A stretch of 64,000 bases of DNA from Actinomycetota bacterium (GTDB taxonomy: Bacteria; Actinomycetota; Aquicultoria; UBA3085; Oleimmundimicrobiaceae), in contig JASEGU010000004.1 of the NCBI GenBank assembly GCA_030017835.1, positions 6,445 to 70,444 of the forward strand, read 5' to 3'. This document shows, one piece after another, positions 18,036 through 27,215 of the stretch. Numbering within the stretch: position 1 is the first letter of the stretch; each line of letters begins with the position of its first letter. The translations under genes and the position numbers were made by a program. The notes beneath the pieces were generated by a model that was given only the letters and a program-made list of their open reading frames with translations, made no database searches and was not told the origin of the DNA.

Positions 18036-19924
18036 TCGTCCGCACTCCGCTTTTTCCGCTCCAAGTGGATCAACAGCGCCAAGGCATCGGCCGGGGTGAC
18101 TCCGGGAACCCGGGTGGCCTGCCCCAGCGAACGGGGGCCGACCCTGGCCAGGCCCTCGCGCGCCCTAAAGGAGAGGCCGTGAAGCTCGTGGAAGTCTGTC
18201 CCCTCGGGGATGAGCCTCTCTTCCATCTTCTTTTGGCGCTTTACCTGTTCCATCTGACGCTTGGTGTAGCCTTCGTATTTAATCTCCGTCTCGACAATTT
18301 TCTTGGCATCTGCCGAGACCTTCTCTCCTTTACGAAAATCTTCGTAAAGTTTAGGAAAGGATGCTTCGAGCTCATCGTGGCAGACTTCGGGTCGGCGCAG
18401 GATCTCGGCCAGGCTGGTCGGCCTCTTTATCCCACTGCTTTTCAGGGCTCTCAATGCCTCGTTGTTGGCCTGGCTTGGAACGAGCCTTGTGCTTTTAAGG
18501 CCGGCTGTCTCGACAAGAATGGCCCTCCTCTTCCTCTCCACCAGCTCCATCCTCTCTTTGGAGATGAGGCCAAGCTCGTGTCCTATCTTCGATAGCCTAA
18601 GGTCTGCGTTGTCTCCTCGCAAGATGAGCCGATGTTCGGCCCTTGAGGTATACATGCGATAGGGCTCGGCATGCTCCTTGGTCACCAGATCGTCTACGAG
18701 AACTCCCATGTAGGCCTGGGAGCGCTCCAGGACCAAGGGGGGCTTCCCTTTGACCTTTAGGGCGGCATTTATTCCGGCCAGAAGACCTAGGGCAGCCGCC
18801 TCTTCATATCCGGTCGTGCCGACTACCTGGCCGGCCATAAAAAGGCCGTCTACCAGCTTGGTCTCCAGATTCGGCTTGAGCTGGCTCGCGATGACGTAGT
18901 CGTATTCGACGGCATATCCCGGTCTAACCATCTTTGCCCTTTCGAGGCCGGGGGTGGATCTGACCACCTCCAGCTGCGCCTTGGCCGGAAGTGCCGTGGT
19001 GAGCCCTTGCAAGTAGACCTCGTTGGTCTCCAGGCCCTCGGGCTCGATAAAGACCGGGTGGCGGGCCTTTTCCGGAAAATTTACAACCTTTCTGTCGATC
19101 GAGGGACAGTTTCTCGGGCCGCGACTCTCTATAATTCCGGTCTTAATCGGAGAGAGATGCATCAGACCAAGAAGTTTCTTGTGCGTCGCCTCGTTGGTAT
19201 AGGTGAGGAAGCAAGGAATGTTGGGCGTCTTCCTGGGCTTGGAGGAGCCGGAGAAGCTCAAGGGGCCCGGGTCGCCGGGCTGAATCTCCATTTTCGAATA
19301 GTCGACGCTCCTTCCATCCAGCCTTGGAGGGGTGGCCGTCTGAAGCCTTCCCAGCTCAAAGCCAAGCTCCTTGAGGCTTCCGGAAAGCGCTCTTGCAGGC
19401 GCTTCGCCCATCCTGCCCCCCGCTATCTCAGTGTCGCCGATGACCAGGCGGCCATTTAGAAATGTGCCCGTCGTCAGGATGACCACGGAAGACCGATGGC
19501 CCCGCCCGTCCTCCAGTTCGACCCCAAGGATTCCCGTCCCTTCCTTTTTGATTCCGCTTACCGTTCCCGGAATTCGAGAGATACCTGCCCGCAAAAGGAG
19601 CTTTGCCATCTTGGCACCATATTTCCGTTTGTCTATCTGAGCTCTCAGTGCCTGGACGGCAGGGCCCTTGCTCCTATTTAACATCTTGATCTGGATCAGC
19701 GTCTCATCGGCGAGCCTAGCCATCCACCCACCCAGAGCATCAATCTCTTTTACCAGATGTCCCTTGCCGATCCCTCCGATAGATGGGTTGCAGGGCATCA
19801 GGGCCACCCTCTCCGCATCCATGGTTATTATGGCAACCCGCAGACCCATCCCAGCTGCAGCCAAAGCTGCCTCAGAGCCAGCGTGACCTGCTCCAATGAC
19901 GATGCAATCGAAGGGTTTTTCCAT
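18032..19924 (-). CDS. mnmG: tRNA uridine 5-carboxymethylaminomethyl modification enzyme MnmG/GidA
   Basis: 630 aa. FAD motif FDCIVIGAGHAGSEAALAAA. Full-length MnmG architecture. Confidence 0.9.
   Translation of the reverse strand: MEKPFDCIVIGAGHAGSEAALAAAGMGLRVAIITMDAERVALMPCNPSIGGIGKGHLVKEIDALGGWMARLADETLIQIKMLNRSKGPAVQALRAQIDKRKYGAKMAKLLLRAGISRIPGTVSGIKKEGTGILGVELEDGRGHRSSVVILTTGTFLNGRLVIGDTEIAGGRMGEAPARALSGSLKELGFELGRLQTATPPRLDGRSVDYSKMEIQPGDPGPLSFSGSSKPRKTPNIPCFLTYTNEATHKKLLGLMHLSPIKTGIIESRGPRNCPSIDRKVVNFPEKARHPVFIEPEGLETNEVYLQGLTTALPAKAQLEVVRSTPGLERAKMVRPGYAVEYDYVIASQLKPNLETKLVDGLFMAGQVVGTTGYEEAAALGLLAGINAALKVKGKPPLVLERSQAYMGVLVDDLVTKEHAEPYRMYTSRAEHRLILRGDNADLRLSKIGHELGLISKERMELVERKRRAILVETAGLKSTRLVPSQANNEALRALKSSGIKRPTSLAEILRRPEVCHDELEASFPKLYEDFRKGEKVSADAKKIVETEIKYEGYTKRQMEQVKRQKKMEERLIPEGTDFHELHGLSFRAREGLARVGPRSLGQATRVPGVTPADALALLIHLERKKRSADE
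18527..18905. repeat. 379-bp direct repeat copy 1 (internal to mnmG)
   Basis: Near-identical to 19931..20309 (378/379 by eye; the single difference is tatacatgcg versus tatgcatgcg). Confidence 0.85.
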
Positions 19925-20941
19925 CTAGCCCCTCTTCCTCTCCACCAGCTCCATCCTCTCTTTGGAGATGAGGCCAAGCTCGTGTCCTATCTTCGATAGC
20001 CTAAGGTCTGCGTTGTCTCCTCGCAAGATGAGCCGATGTTCGGCCCTTGAGGTATGCATGCGATAGGGCTCGGCATGCTCCTTGGTCACCAGATCGTCTA
20101 CGAGAACTCCCATGTAGGCCTGGGAGCGCTCCAGGACCAAGGGGGGCTTCCCTTTGACCTTTAGGGCGGCATTTATTCCGGCCAGAAGACCTAGGGCAGC
20201 CGCCTCTTCATATCCGGTCGTGCCGACTACCTGGCCGGCCATAAAAAGGCCGTCTACCAGCTTGGTCTCCAGATTCGGCTTGAGCTGGCTCGCGATGACG
20301 TAGTCGTATGCCCTGCTTGTTGATGTTGAGATTTTGTCTTTAGGGGGCGCCCCTTGCGACCTTGCGGGGCAAAGCCGAAAACCAAATTCTGTCAGGTCTT
20401 CTTTAAGATTTTTTTTGCGTCTGGACATGGTAAGAAAGGTGAAGCCGAGAGAGGCTTTTGGGGCTTTATGGCTTGGAGGGAGCCCCCCCGTCGCAAGGAG
20501 GACGGTCTTGGCGCCAATGTTTCCCCCGAACATGGTTTTGACTCCAGCGGCTCTTCCCTCCTTAACGATCAGCCCATCGACCAGATCCTGCCAAAAGGAG
20601 ATATTGGAAACCTCTTCTAGCGCCGTCTTTGTGTCGACTAAATGCTCTCGTTTCAAGGAGCGAGCCTCCCTGGCAACCTCATCTTGGCCGTCCCCGCCTT
20701 TAAAAGGAAAGGATCCGCTGACAAGCTCGATCTCTCGAAGCAAGGCCCCCCTTGCGGCCTCGCTAAAAGAGGGAGGATCTTCTCGGCGGATATTGTTGTC
20801 TAGCGAGAAAGAGACCATCAAAACCCTCATGCCCATGCGGGCTGCTGCCCAAGCTGCGCGGGCCCCACACGGGCTTGCCCCAACCACTATCAAATCATAT
20901 CTTTCTATCTTTTGCTCCTTTGATTCAACGCTATTTGCCAA
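19925..20941 (-). CDS. chimeric/degenerate MnmG-like FAD protein (possible pseudogene)
   Basis: The N-terminal ~210 aa are a highly diverged GidA-like FAD domain ([23 protein letters not shown]…[10 protein letters not shown]). The C-terminal 128 aa are identical to MnmG residues encoded by the 379-bp repeat. The ORF stop abuts the mnmG start. Confidence 0.5.
   Translation of the reverse strand: MANSVESKEQKIERYDLIVVGASPCGARAAWAAARMGMRVLMVSFSLDNNIRREDPPSFSEAARGALLREIELVSGSFPFKGGDGQDEVAREARSLKREHLVDTKTALEEVSNISFWQDLVDGLIVKEGRAAGVKTMFGGNIGAKTVLLATGGLPPSHKAPKASLGFTFLTMSRRKKNLKEDLTEFGFRLCPARSQGAPPKDKISTSTSRAYDYVIASQLKPNLETKLVDGLFMAGQVVGTTGYEEAAALGLLAGINAALKVKGKPPLVLERSQAYMGVLVDDLVTKEHAEPYRMHTSRAEHRLILRGDNADLRLSKIGHELGLISKERMELVERKRG
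19931..20309. repeat. 379-bp direct repeat copy 2 (forms the 3' part of the chimeric ORF)
   Basis: Same as 18527..18905. Flanks diverge immediately outside the repeat. Confidence 0.85.
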
Positions 20942-20979
20942 AAGTTCTCGTCATGAGAACTTTTGGCAAATAGCGCTCT

Positions 20980-22362
20980 TCACTTTCCGATGCAGAACTT
21001 TGAGAATATCCTGTCCAAGAGCTCATGGTCGGCGCCCACACCCATTATCCCCTCCAGGCTGTCTATAGCCTCTTTGATGAAGAGGGCGACGCACTCCTCG
21101 GGCTCCTTCGTCCGCAGGCCACTCTCGGCCCGGTCGAGGCTGGCCCTGGCCTCATTCAGCGCCTTGTAGTGCCTTGCATTCGTTATCACGATCTCATCCT
21201 CTGCCATCTCGGATCCCAAGACGGCCCCGCCGATGAGCTCTTTTAGCTGTTCGAGCCCTTGGCCGAATTTTGCAGAGACCGAGATGCTCCCTTTGGCTGA
21301 AAAAATCCTCTCTGCCTGGGCAACCGCCGTCTCCAGCGCCGCGTCGGATTTATTCAAAACAACAATTGTCTTGTCTGGATCAAGCCGAGAGAAAATCCCG
21401 CAATCCTCCTCGCAGATCTCTTCGCTCGAGTCGAGAACAAAGAGGGTCAATTCCGACTCCGCCACAAGATCCAGGCTCTTGGCTATGCCCTTCTCTTCCG
21501 CTTCGTTCTCGGGTCTCCTGATGCCCGCCGTGTCGTTGATGACGACGGGAAGGCCGCCTATTTCCATCCCCTCTTCAATCACATCCCTGGTCGTTCCCGG
21601 AAAATCGGTCACTATGCATCTGTCTTGGCCCGTAAGGGCATTGAGCAGACTCGACTTCCCGACATTAGTCCGTCCTATTAAGGATATGACTGCCCCCTCC
21701 CGCAAGATGCGCCCTTTTCCCCAGGTGGCAAGGAGCTCGTCTATCCTTTCCAAAAGGTCTTTTGTAAGCCCTGCTCCCTCTTCGTGAAGCAAGGGGGGGA
21801 TGTCCTCCTCGGAAAAATCAATGTTGCACTCCAGTGCAACCAGGAGGTCCCATGCGCCGCACAGAACCCCTTTAATCCTTGAGGAGAGCGCGCCCTTGAG
21901 CTGCCTGTGCGAGGCGGCTAGGCTTCGTGCCGTTTTGGCGTTGATGGTGTCGATGACGGCTTCGGCTTGGGCCAGATCTATGCGGCCATTCAAAAAAGCC
22001 CTTTTGGTAAATTCTCCTGGTTCAGCCGGTCGCGCTCCGGCCTCAACCAGGGCGTGAAAGGTCTCCCGCAAAGGGATTCTGCCGCCATGACAGTTGATTT
22101 CGATGGTGTCTTCTCTGGTGTAGGTGGCAGGTCCCTTCATCGCCGAAACCAGAACCTCATCTATGGTGTCGGCCCGGCCCGGATGAGCAATATAGCCGTG
22201 AACGATCCTGTGGGTTGCCTCTCCGAGGTCCGTGCCCCTGGGGGAGCGAAATAGCTTTTCGGCTATCTCGAAAGCATCTGTGCCGCTCATCCTGACGATG
22301 CCTATTCCCGAGCTGCCGGGGGGGGTGGAGATGGCGACGATGGTGTCCTTTTCCTCTTTCAT
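20980..22362 (-). CDS. mnmE: tRNA modification GTPase MnmE/TrmE
   Basis: N-terminal TrmE domain, G-domain (GRTNVGKSSLLN) and the C-terminal CIGK motif. Confidence 0.9.
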   Translation of the reverse strand: MKEEKDTIVAISTPPGSSGIGIVRMSGTDAFEIAEKLFRSPRGTDLGEATHRIVHGYIAHPGRADTIDEVLVSAMKGPATYTREDTIEINCHGGRIPLRETFHALVEAGARPAEPGEFTKRAFLNGRIDLAQAEAVIDTINAKTARSLAASHRQLKGALSSRIKGVLCGAWDLLVALECNIDFSEEDIPPLLHEEGAGLTKDLLERIDELLATWGKGRILREGAVISLIGRTNVGKSSLLNALTGQDRCIVTDFPGTTRDVIEEGMEIGGLPVVINDTAGIRRPENEAEEKGIAKSLDLVAESELTLFVLDSSEEICEEDCGIFSRLDPDKTIVVLNKSDAALETAVAQAERIFSAKGSISVSAKFGQGLEQLKELIGGAVLGSEMAEDEIVITNARHYKALNEARASLDRAESGLRTKEPEECVALFIKEAIDSLEGIMGVGADHELLDRIFSKFCIGK

Positions 22363-22458
22363 ATCGCCTCAGAATTACTGGGGTATTTCCAGCTAACCAC
22401 CCTCGGGCAACTAGCTGTTTCACGTGAAACATGGATCTCTGTTCGAATATGCGATCCC

Positions 22459-22896
22459 TCAGTCCGGGCGAATTATAACCCTTCTTTCGGGATCAACGCC
22501 ATCGCTTTCCGTCTTAACTCTAGGATCGTCGTGCAGGCTCTCGTGGATTATCTTGCGCTCAAAAGCGCTCATGGGCCTGAGCGAAACGGGCCGCGCTTCG
22601 CGGACTGCCTTTTCGGCCATCCTTTCGGCCAAGCTGGCTAGCGAGGTCTCCAGGCGAGCCCGGTACTCCTCTATGTCCAAGGATATGAAGCGCTTATTCT
22701 CCTCGTCTTTGTTCTCAACGATTGAAAGTATGAGCTGAAGGGCCTGAAGGGTCGAGCCCCGTCTGCCGATTATAATTCCCAGGTCGTCTCCGCTAATGCT
22801 GTACTTTAGGACGCCCTCCGTTTCTTCGCAGTCAACCTCGGCCTCCAGCCCAAAGGCGTCCAGTACTTTTTGAAGAAGATTCATTCCTTTTTCCAA
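22459..22896 (-). CDS. khpB: Jag/KhpB RNA-binding protein (KH + R3H domains)
   Basis: R3H motif and KH fold, positioned downstream of yidC as in the spoIIIJ-jag pair. Confidence 0.8.
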   Translation of the reverse strand: MEKGMNLLQKVLDAFGLEAEVDCEETEGVLKYSISGDDLGIIIGRRGSTLQALQLILSIVENKDEENKRFISLDIEEYRARLETSLASLAERMAEKAVREARPVSLRPMSAFERKIIHESLHDDPRVKTESDGVDPERRVIIRPD

Positions 22897-22985
22897 CGAT
22901 TATTCCTCCGTGGAAGACCGATTGTTTCCGTCTGGTTGGCCGCTAAGGCGGGTTTCTCTCGCGACTCTTACAAGCCCCGCCGGGG

Positions 22986-23651
22986 CTAGTTCATCGCCCT
23001 GGCAATGGCCTGATGCTGAGCGACGCTCAACATATTATATACGACCCAGTAGATGAGGACGCCGGCCGGAAAGCTCAAACAGATGACTATCATAAATGCC
23101 ATCATCGGCAGCATCATCTTGTCTTGTTGCGGGTCCGTCGAAATAGCTTTCTGCATACCGTATTGGCTGATTATTACCAACAAGAAGAGTACGACGAACG
23201 GCCCTATTGCTGTGGCTTTGCCGCTCGAAAGTGCCGTCTTGAAGCTAGTTGTCAAGCTTGGAATGCCGAGGAAGCTCGCCTTTTCAAGTGTTTCGGTCAA
23301 GGGCCCGCCTGAGGAGAGGAGCCTAAAGAGCGCGAACAATATCGGAAGCTGGAGGAGAAGCGGAAGACATCCGCCAAAGGGGTTTACCTTGTTCTCCTTG
23401 TAGAATTTCATCAGCTCTTGGCCCTGCTTCTCCTTGTCGTTTTTGTGCTTCTCTTGGATCTTTTTAACCTCGGGTTGCCACTTCTTCATCCCCTCAGTGG
23501 CCCGGACTTGCTTGACCACCAGGGGGGTCATCAATAATTTTACCAAAACGGTCAGCGCAACAATTGACCAACCCCAATTATTAATGTAGCCATTGAAAAG
23601 CTTTAAAAAGAAGAGCAAAAGATCTATTATTGGCGTTAAAATTTGAGACAC
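22986..23651 (-). CDS. yidC: membrane protein insertase YidC/Oxa1 (short form)
   Basis: 221 aa with 5 TM helices and conserved YidC core motifs. Position rnpA-yidD-yidC. Confidence 0.85.
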   Translation of the reverse strand: MSQILTPIIDLLLFFLKLFNGYINNWGWSIVALTVLVKLLMTPLVVKQVRATEGMKKWQPEVKKIQEKHKNDKEKQGQELMKFYKENKVNPFGGCLPLLLQLPILFALFRLLSSGGPLTETLEKASFLGIPSLTTSFKTALSSGKATAIGPFVVLFLLVIISQYGMQKAISTDPQQDKMMLPMMAFMIVICLSFPAGVLIYWVVYNMLSVAQHQAIARAMN

Positions 23652-23667
23652 TTCTCACCTTCCTTGT

Positions 23668-23877
23668 CTATTTTAAGGGATCATGGCCCCCATCAGAGAA
23701 CGGATGGCACCTTAAGAGCCTCTTCGTTGCCAAGGCCGCTCCTCTTGCCGGGCCGTATTTATCGACCGCCTCGATGGCATACTGGGAACAGGTTGGAATG
23801 AATCGACATCTTGGGGGGAGCACTGAGGAAACCGTTCTTTGATAAGCTCTTATTATAGCAATAATAATTTTTTTCAT
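23668..23877 (-). CDS. yidD: membrane protein insertion efficiency factor YidD
   Basis: 69 aa with the YidD signature …[27 protein letters not shown]…. Confidence 0.9.
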   Translation of the reverse strand: MKKIIIAIIRAYQRTVSSVLPPRCRFIPTCSQYAIEAVDKYGPARGAALATKRLLRCHPFSDGGHDPLK

Positions 23878-24221
23878 TTAATAAGATCTTCCGCTCTTCT
23901 TGTGAGCCTTCTAAGCGCTTTTTCAATCTCGTGATAGCTCTTTCCTTTTATCTTTCTTCTGGCAATAAACACTATATCGGTGGACTTATTAAGCTCCAGC
24001 CCACTCAAACGAAACGCCTCTTTGAGGCGTCGCCTTATCCGGTTCCTCTCAACCGCCCCTCCGAGCTTTCGGCTGACCGAATAGCCGACCCGGCTCTGGC
24101 CGGTGCCTCCGTTTTTTAAAATTAACATCACCAGGAGGTCATTTTTTATGGCCCTGCCTTGAGCATAGACCTTTTCAAAATCTCTCTTGCTTTTCAGGCT
24201 TGCCGTTTTGCTTTCGCCCAT
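23874..24221 (-). CDS. rnpA: ribonuclease P protein component
   Basis: 115 aa basic protein with the RNR motif ([14 protein letters not shown]), downstream of rpmH. Confidence 0.9.
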   Translation of the reverse strand: MGESKTASLKSKRDFEKVYAQGRAIKNDLLVMLILKNGGTGQSRVGYSVSRKLGGAVERNRIRRRLKEAFRLSGLELNKSTDIVFIARRKIKGKSYHEIEKALRRLTRRAEDLIK

Positions 24222-24233
24222 GCCTGGCCCCTG

Positions 24234-24368
24234 TCAGGCTGAGATCTTGGCCCTTCCTTTTCGGCGCCTTGCGGCCAGGATTGCTCGGCCAGCCCTCGTG
24301 CTCATGCGCTTTCTAAAGCCGTGGGTTTTTTTTCTTTTTCTTACATTGGGCTGAAATGTTCTCTTCAA
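24234..24368 (-). CDS. rpmH: 50S ribosomal protein L34 (TTG start)
   Basis: Hand translation of the minus strand gives (M)[43 protein letters not shown]. The ORF track missed it because it starts on TTG and is only 44 aa. Confidence 0.85.
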   Translation of the reverse strand: MKRTFQPNVRKRKKTHGFRKRMSTRAGRAILAARRRKGRAKISA

Positions 24369-24526
24369 GTATATCTTCCTTCTCTCGTTTAGCTTGCCCG
24401 TTAAAACTGAGTAATTATAGCGTGGGCCATTTGGGGTGTCAAGAAAAATGAGGCATTCTTGACATTAAAAAACCTGTTAGTCGGCGCCCTTCTTCTCTCC
24501 CGCCCTAGTCACCAGCGGCAAAATTT

Positions 24527-24535
24527 TGATATAAT
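24527..24535 (+). promoter_or_regulatory. extended -10 promoter element (TGaTATAAT) directed toward the GHKL-wHTH ORF and dnaA
   Basis: TGATATAAT at 24527-24535, with a weak -35 (TAGTCA) 18 nt upstream. Confidence 0.35.
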
Positions 24536-24634
24536 TTATTGGAAACTTTGGCGCTTTTTGAAGCGGCTTGAAAAGGATGAAAAGAGACTCTCGCCCCGAA
24601 AGGGCTTTTCTTCTCTGTTTTCTAAGCCTTTTCA

Positions 24635-24660
24635 TTTCTTTCCACATCTGTGGAAAGAAA
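24635..24660. promoter_or_regulatory. perfect 12-bp inverted repeat with 2-bp spacer containing two inverted DnaA-box-like 9-mers (TTTCCACA / TGTGGAAA)
   Basis: TTTCTTTCCACA-tc-TGTGGAAAGAAA. It sits upstream of dnaA in the rpmH-dnaA intergenic region. It could be an oriC element or the operator of the adjacent wHTH protein. Confidence 0.5.
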
Positions 24661-24763
24661 TGTGTAAAAGTGCGCCATTAGCCCTGTTGGCATGCTTCAT
24701 GAAAAAATTAATCTTTGGCTGAAGCTTAAGACGTCCTTGGTCCGGTGAGCTCGGCCGAACTCT

Positions 24764-25648
24764 TTGCGGGCCCCATCTTGGGCGGATACTTTTGTGGAGG
24801 AAGCTGTGAACAAGTTTTTGGAGAGGGTCCTGTCCGAAAAAGAAGATGCTAAAAAAGAGAGCCTCGCTCGGGAGGCCGCCCCTTCTTGCGCTGAGGAGAA
24901 GGGGGCCTCTTCCTTCAGGGGGTTTGCGCGAATAGCAATATATGACTCTCTCTCTTCGCCGCCACAGATAATTGAGCTCTCCTGCCAGGACCGCCAAGAG
25001 TTCATCGATTCTCTGGGAGCCAAGATATATCAGCTCTCTCACGAAGGGGGCGGGAACGCACCCTTTGCCGCCATCAAGGAGCTGGTCGAAAACCTCATAC
25101 ACGCCTCCTTTAAGGAGGTCGTCGTCACGATCCTAAACAAGGGGAACACCATAAGGATAGCCGACCAGGGGCCGGGAATCGCAAATAAAGACAAGGCCCT
25201 TGAGCCCGGTTTCTCGACTGCCACCAGCGAGATGAAGCACATCATAAAGGGGGTCGGCTCGGGCCTTCCAATCGTAAAAGAAATAGTGGGCCTATCAGGT
25301 GGGGTCATGAAGATAGAGGACAATCTTGTATCTGGGTCGGTAATAACCATGGAGTTTAAAAAGATCCCCGAGCTGGGCGGGGTAGAATTGCCCGCCAAAA
25401 AGAAGCCTTCTCCCCTTACGATGACGCTTTCCAATCGGCAAAAAAAAGTGTTATTCTTAGTTGCTGAGGTCGGCCCAATCGGTCCCTCAGAGATGGCCTC
25501 TGAGCTAAGCATGAGCCTTAGCACTGCCTATAGAGACTTAAGGTCTCTAGAGGACTTGGGACTACTTAGGGCTGACGACAGGGGCCGAAGGGTCTTGTCC
25601 CAAGAGGGCGTCGACTTTATGGAAAACTTTTTCGACCAAACAGGGTGA
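24764..25648 (+). CDS. GHKL (histidine-kinase-like) ATPase fused to a C-terminal winged-HTH, immediately upstream of dnaA
   Basis: N-box ELVENLIHASF, G1 ADQGPGI, G2 GVGSGLPIVKEIV, and a C-terminal MarR/ArsR-like wHTH (VLFLVAEVGPIGPSEMASELSMSLSTAYRDLRSLEDLGLL). The stop is 4 nt before the dnaA ATG. The start is uncertain; GTG/ATG alternatives lie downstream of 24764. Confidence 0.55.
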   Translation: MRAPSWADTFVEEAVNKFLERVLSEKEDAKKESLAREAAPSCAEEKGASSFRGFARIAIYDSLSSPPQIIELSCQDRQEFIDSLGAKIYQLSHEGGGNAPFAAIKELVENLIHASFKEVVVTILNKGNTIRIADQGPGIANKDKALEPGFSTATSEMKHIIKGVGSGLPIVKEIVGLSGGVMKIEDNLVSGSVITMEFKKIPELGGVELPAKKKPSPLTMTLSNRQKKVLFLVAEVGPIGPSEMASELSMSLSTAYRDLRSLEDLGLLRADDRGRRVLSQEGVDFMENFFDQTG

Positions 25649-25652
25649 TTTC

Positions 25653-27002
25653 TTGCAAGCAGACATCGCGGAGGCCTGGAAAGAGGCCGTAAAACAATTA
25701 AAGGCTGGGATGAGTGCTCCCATATCGAAGGCTTGGTTCGATAACACCTCGGCGGTTGATATGTCAAATGGTGTCGTCTTTATATCGGCTCCCAATAATT
25801 TCATCAAAGAGTGGCTCGAGACAAGACACGTCGACTCAATAAAAGAGACCCTGTCGGCTATCTTAAACGAGGATGTGCTCGTAAGCTTCATTTCTAAAGA
25901 GTTAGAAGGGGTCGCCACGTCGCCCAGGACCAAGATTCAATCAAAACCGCCAGAGACCGAGGCGAGGGGTGGGGCCGGCCTCTTAAATTCAAAATATACC
26001 TTCGAAGCTTTCGTGATCGGAAGCAGCAACCGGTTCGCCCACGCCGCCGCATTGGCCGTGGCGGAGCTTCCTTTTAAGGCTTACAACCCGCTGTTTATCT
26101 ATGGCGGCGTGGGCCTTGGAAAGACTCACCTGCTGCAGGCTGTCGGCAACTATGTCTCCCAGCATAACCGCGAACTTAAAATTAGGTATGTTTCGACGGA
26201 GAAATTTACCAACGACTTCATCAGCTCAATTGGAGATAGGGGCAAAATCTCTGGTTTTCAAAATAAATATCGCAAAGTTGATGTGTTGATGATAGACGAC
26301 ATCCAGTTTATAGCCGGCAAGGAGGCGACCCAAGAGGAGTTCTTTCACACATTTAATAATCTATATGAAGCGAATAAGCAGATGGTTATCACTAGCGACC
26401 GCCCACCAAAGGATATCTCAACCCTAGAAGACCGCCTTCGTTCGAGGTTTGAGTGCGGCCTCATCACCGATGTCCAGCCACCTGATCTGGAGACAAAGAT
26501 AGCCATTTTAAAGAGAAAGCTTAGCGATAACGACGTCGTCTCTTTCGAGGTTTTAGAGTTCATTGCTTCCAGGGTCCACTCGAATATTAGGGAGCTTGAG
26601 GGGGCGCTGACTAGGGTTCTTGCCTTTTCCTCCTTCACAAAAACCCCGATAGATATTAAGCTCGCCGAGGAGGTTTTAAGGAATATATTCTCAAACAAAG
26701 AGAGCCGACCGATATCGATTCAGGCCATACAGAATGAGGTCTGCCGCTTTTTTGGGATTTCAAAAACCGAGCTCGTCGGAAGCCGGCGGAGTCAGCCGAT
26801 TGTTTATCCTAGACAGATTGCTATGTACCTATCGAGAGAATTAACTGATATGTCTCTTCCAAAGATCGGCGAGGAGTTTGGTGGAAGAGATCACACAACG
26901 GTGATGCACGCCAATTTAAAGATAGAAAGGCTAATAAGCGAAAGGCGGGAGATATATAACCAGATTCAGGAGTTAATTAATAAGATAAAACAGAGATCTT
27001 AA
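25653..27002 (+). CDS. dnaA: chromosomal replication initiator DnaA
   Basis: AAA+ Walker A GGVGLGKTHLL, plus domain IV with the basic-loop/HTH C-terminus. Confidence 0.95.
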   Translation: MQADIAEAWKEAVKQLKAGMSAPISKAWFDNTSAVDMSNGVVFISAPNNFIKEWLETRHVDSIKETLSAILNEDVLVSFISKELEGVATSPRTKIQSKPPETEARGGAGLLNSKYTFEAFVIGSSNRFAHAAALAVAELPFKAYNPLFIYGGVGLGKTHLLQAVGNYVSQHNRELKIRYVSTEKFTNDFISSIGDRGKISGFQNKYRKVDVLMIDDIQFIAGKEATQEEFFHTFNNLYEANKQMVITSDRPPKDISTLEDRLRSRFECGLITDVQPPDLETKIAILKRKLSDNDVVSFEVLEFIASRVHSNIRELEGALTRVLAFSSFTKTPIDIKLAEEVLRNIFSNKESRPISIQAIQNEVCRFFGISKTELVGSRRSQPIVYPRQIAMYLSRELTDMSLPKIGEEFGGRDHTTVMHANLKIERLISERREIYNQIQELINKIKQRS

Positions 27003-27215
27003 TAACTCTAAGCCTGTTGATTATTTGTGTATCAATTATTAACAATTTTGGGATTTAAAAATTTCACAACTTTTATTAATAGTTCTAAATAATTTATTAG
27101 ATGTTTGTGAACAATTAAGAGACGGGGCAAGCTCTGTAATTAACAATTCAACAAGCTCTAATATTATTACTATTTTTATTTATTAATATATCAATCAATA
27201 CTAAGAGGTGTTTAA
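27003..27215. promoter_or_regulatory. oriC-type AT-rich dnaA-dnaN intergenic region (DNA-unwinding element plus degenerate DnaA boxes)
   Basis: About 25% GC over 213 bp, against about 58% for the surrounding window. Degenerate boxes TGTGTATCA (27026-34) and TGTGAACAA (27106-14). There are runs of TTATT/ATTAA. Confidence 0.55.

Noticed and set aside
24459-24722. 87-aa ORF on the plus strand in the rpmH-dnaA gap
   Set aside because: It overlaps the extended -10 promoter and the DnaA-box palindrome. Its sequence is low-complexity, it has no RBS, and it looks non-coding. The real neighbour rpmH was found by hand on the minus strand.
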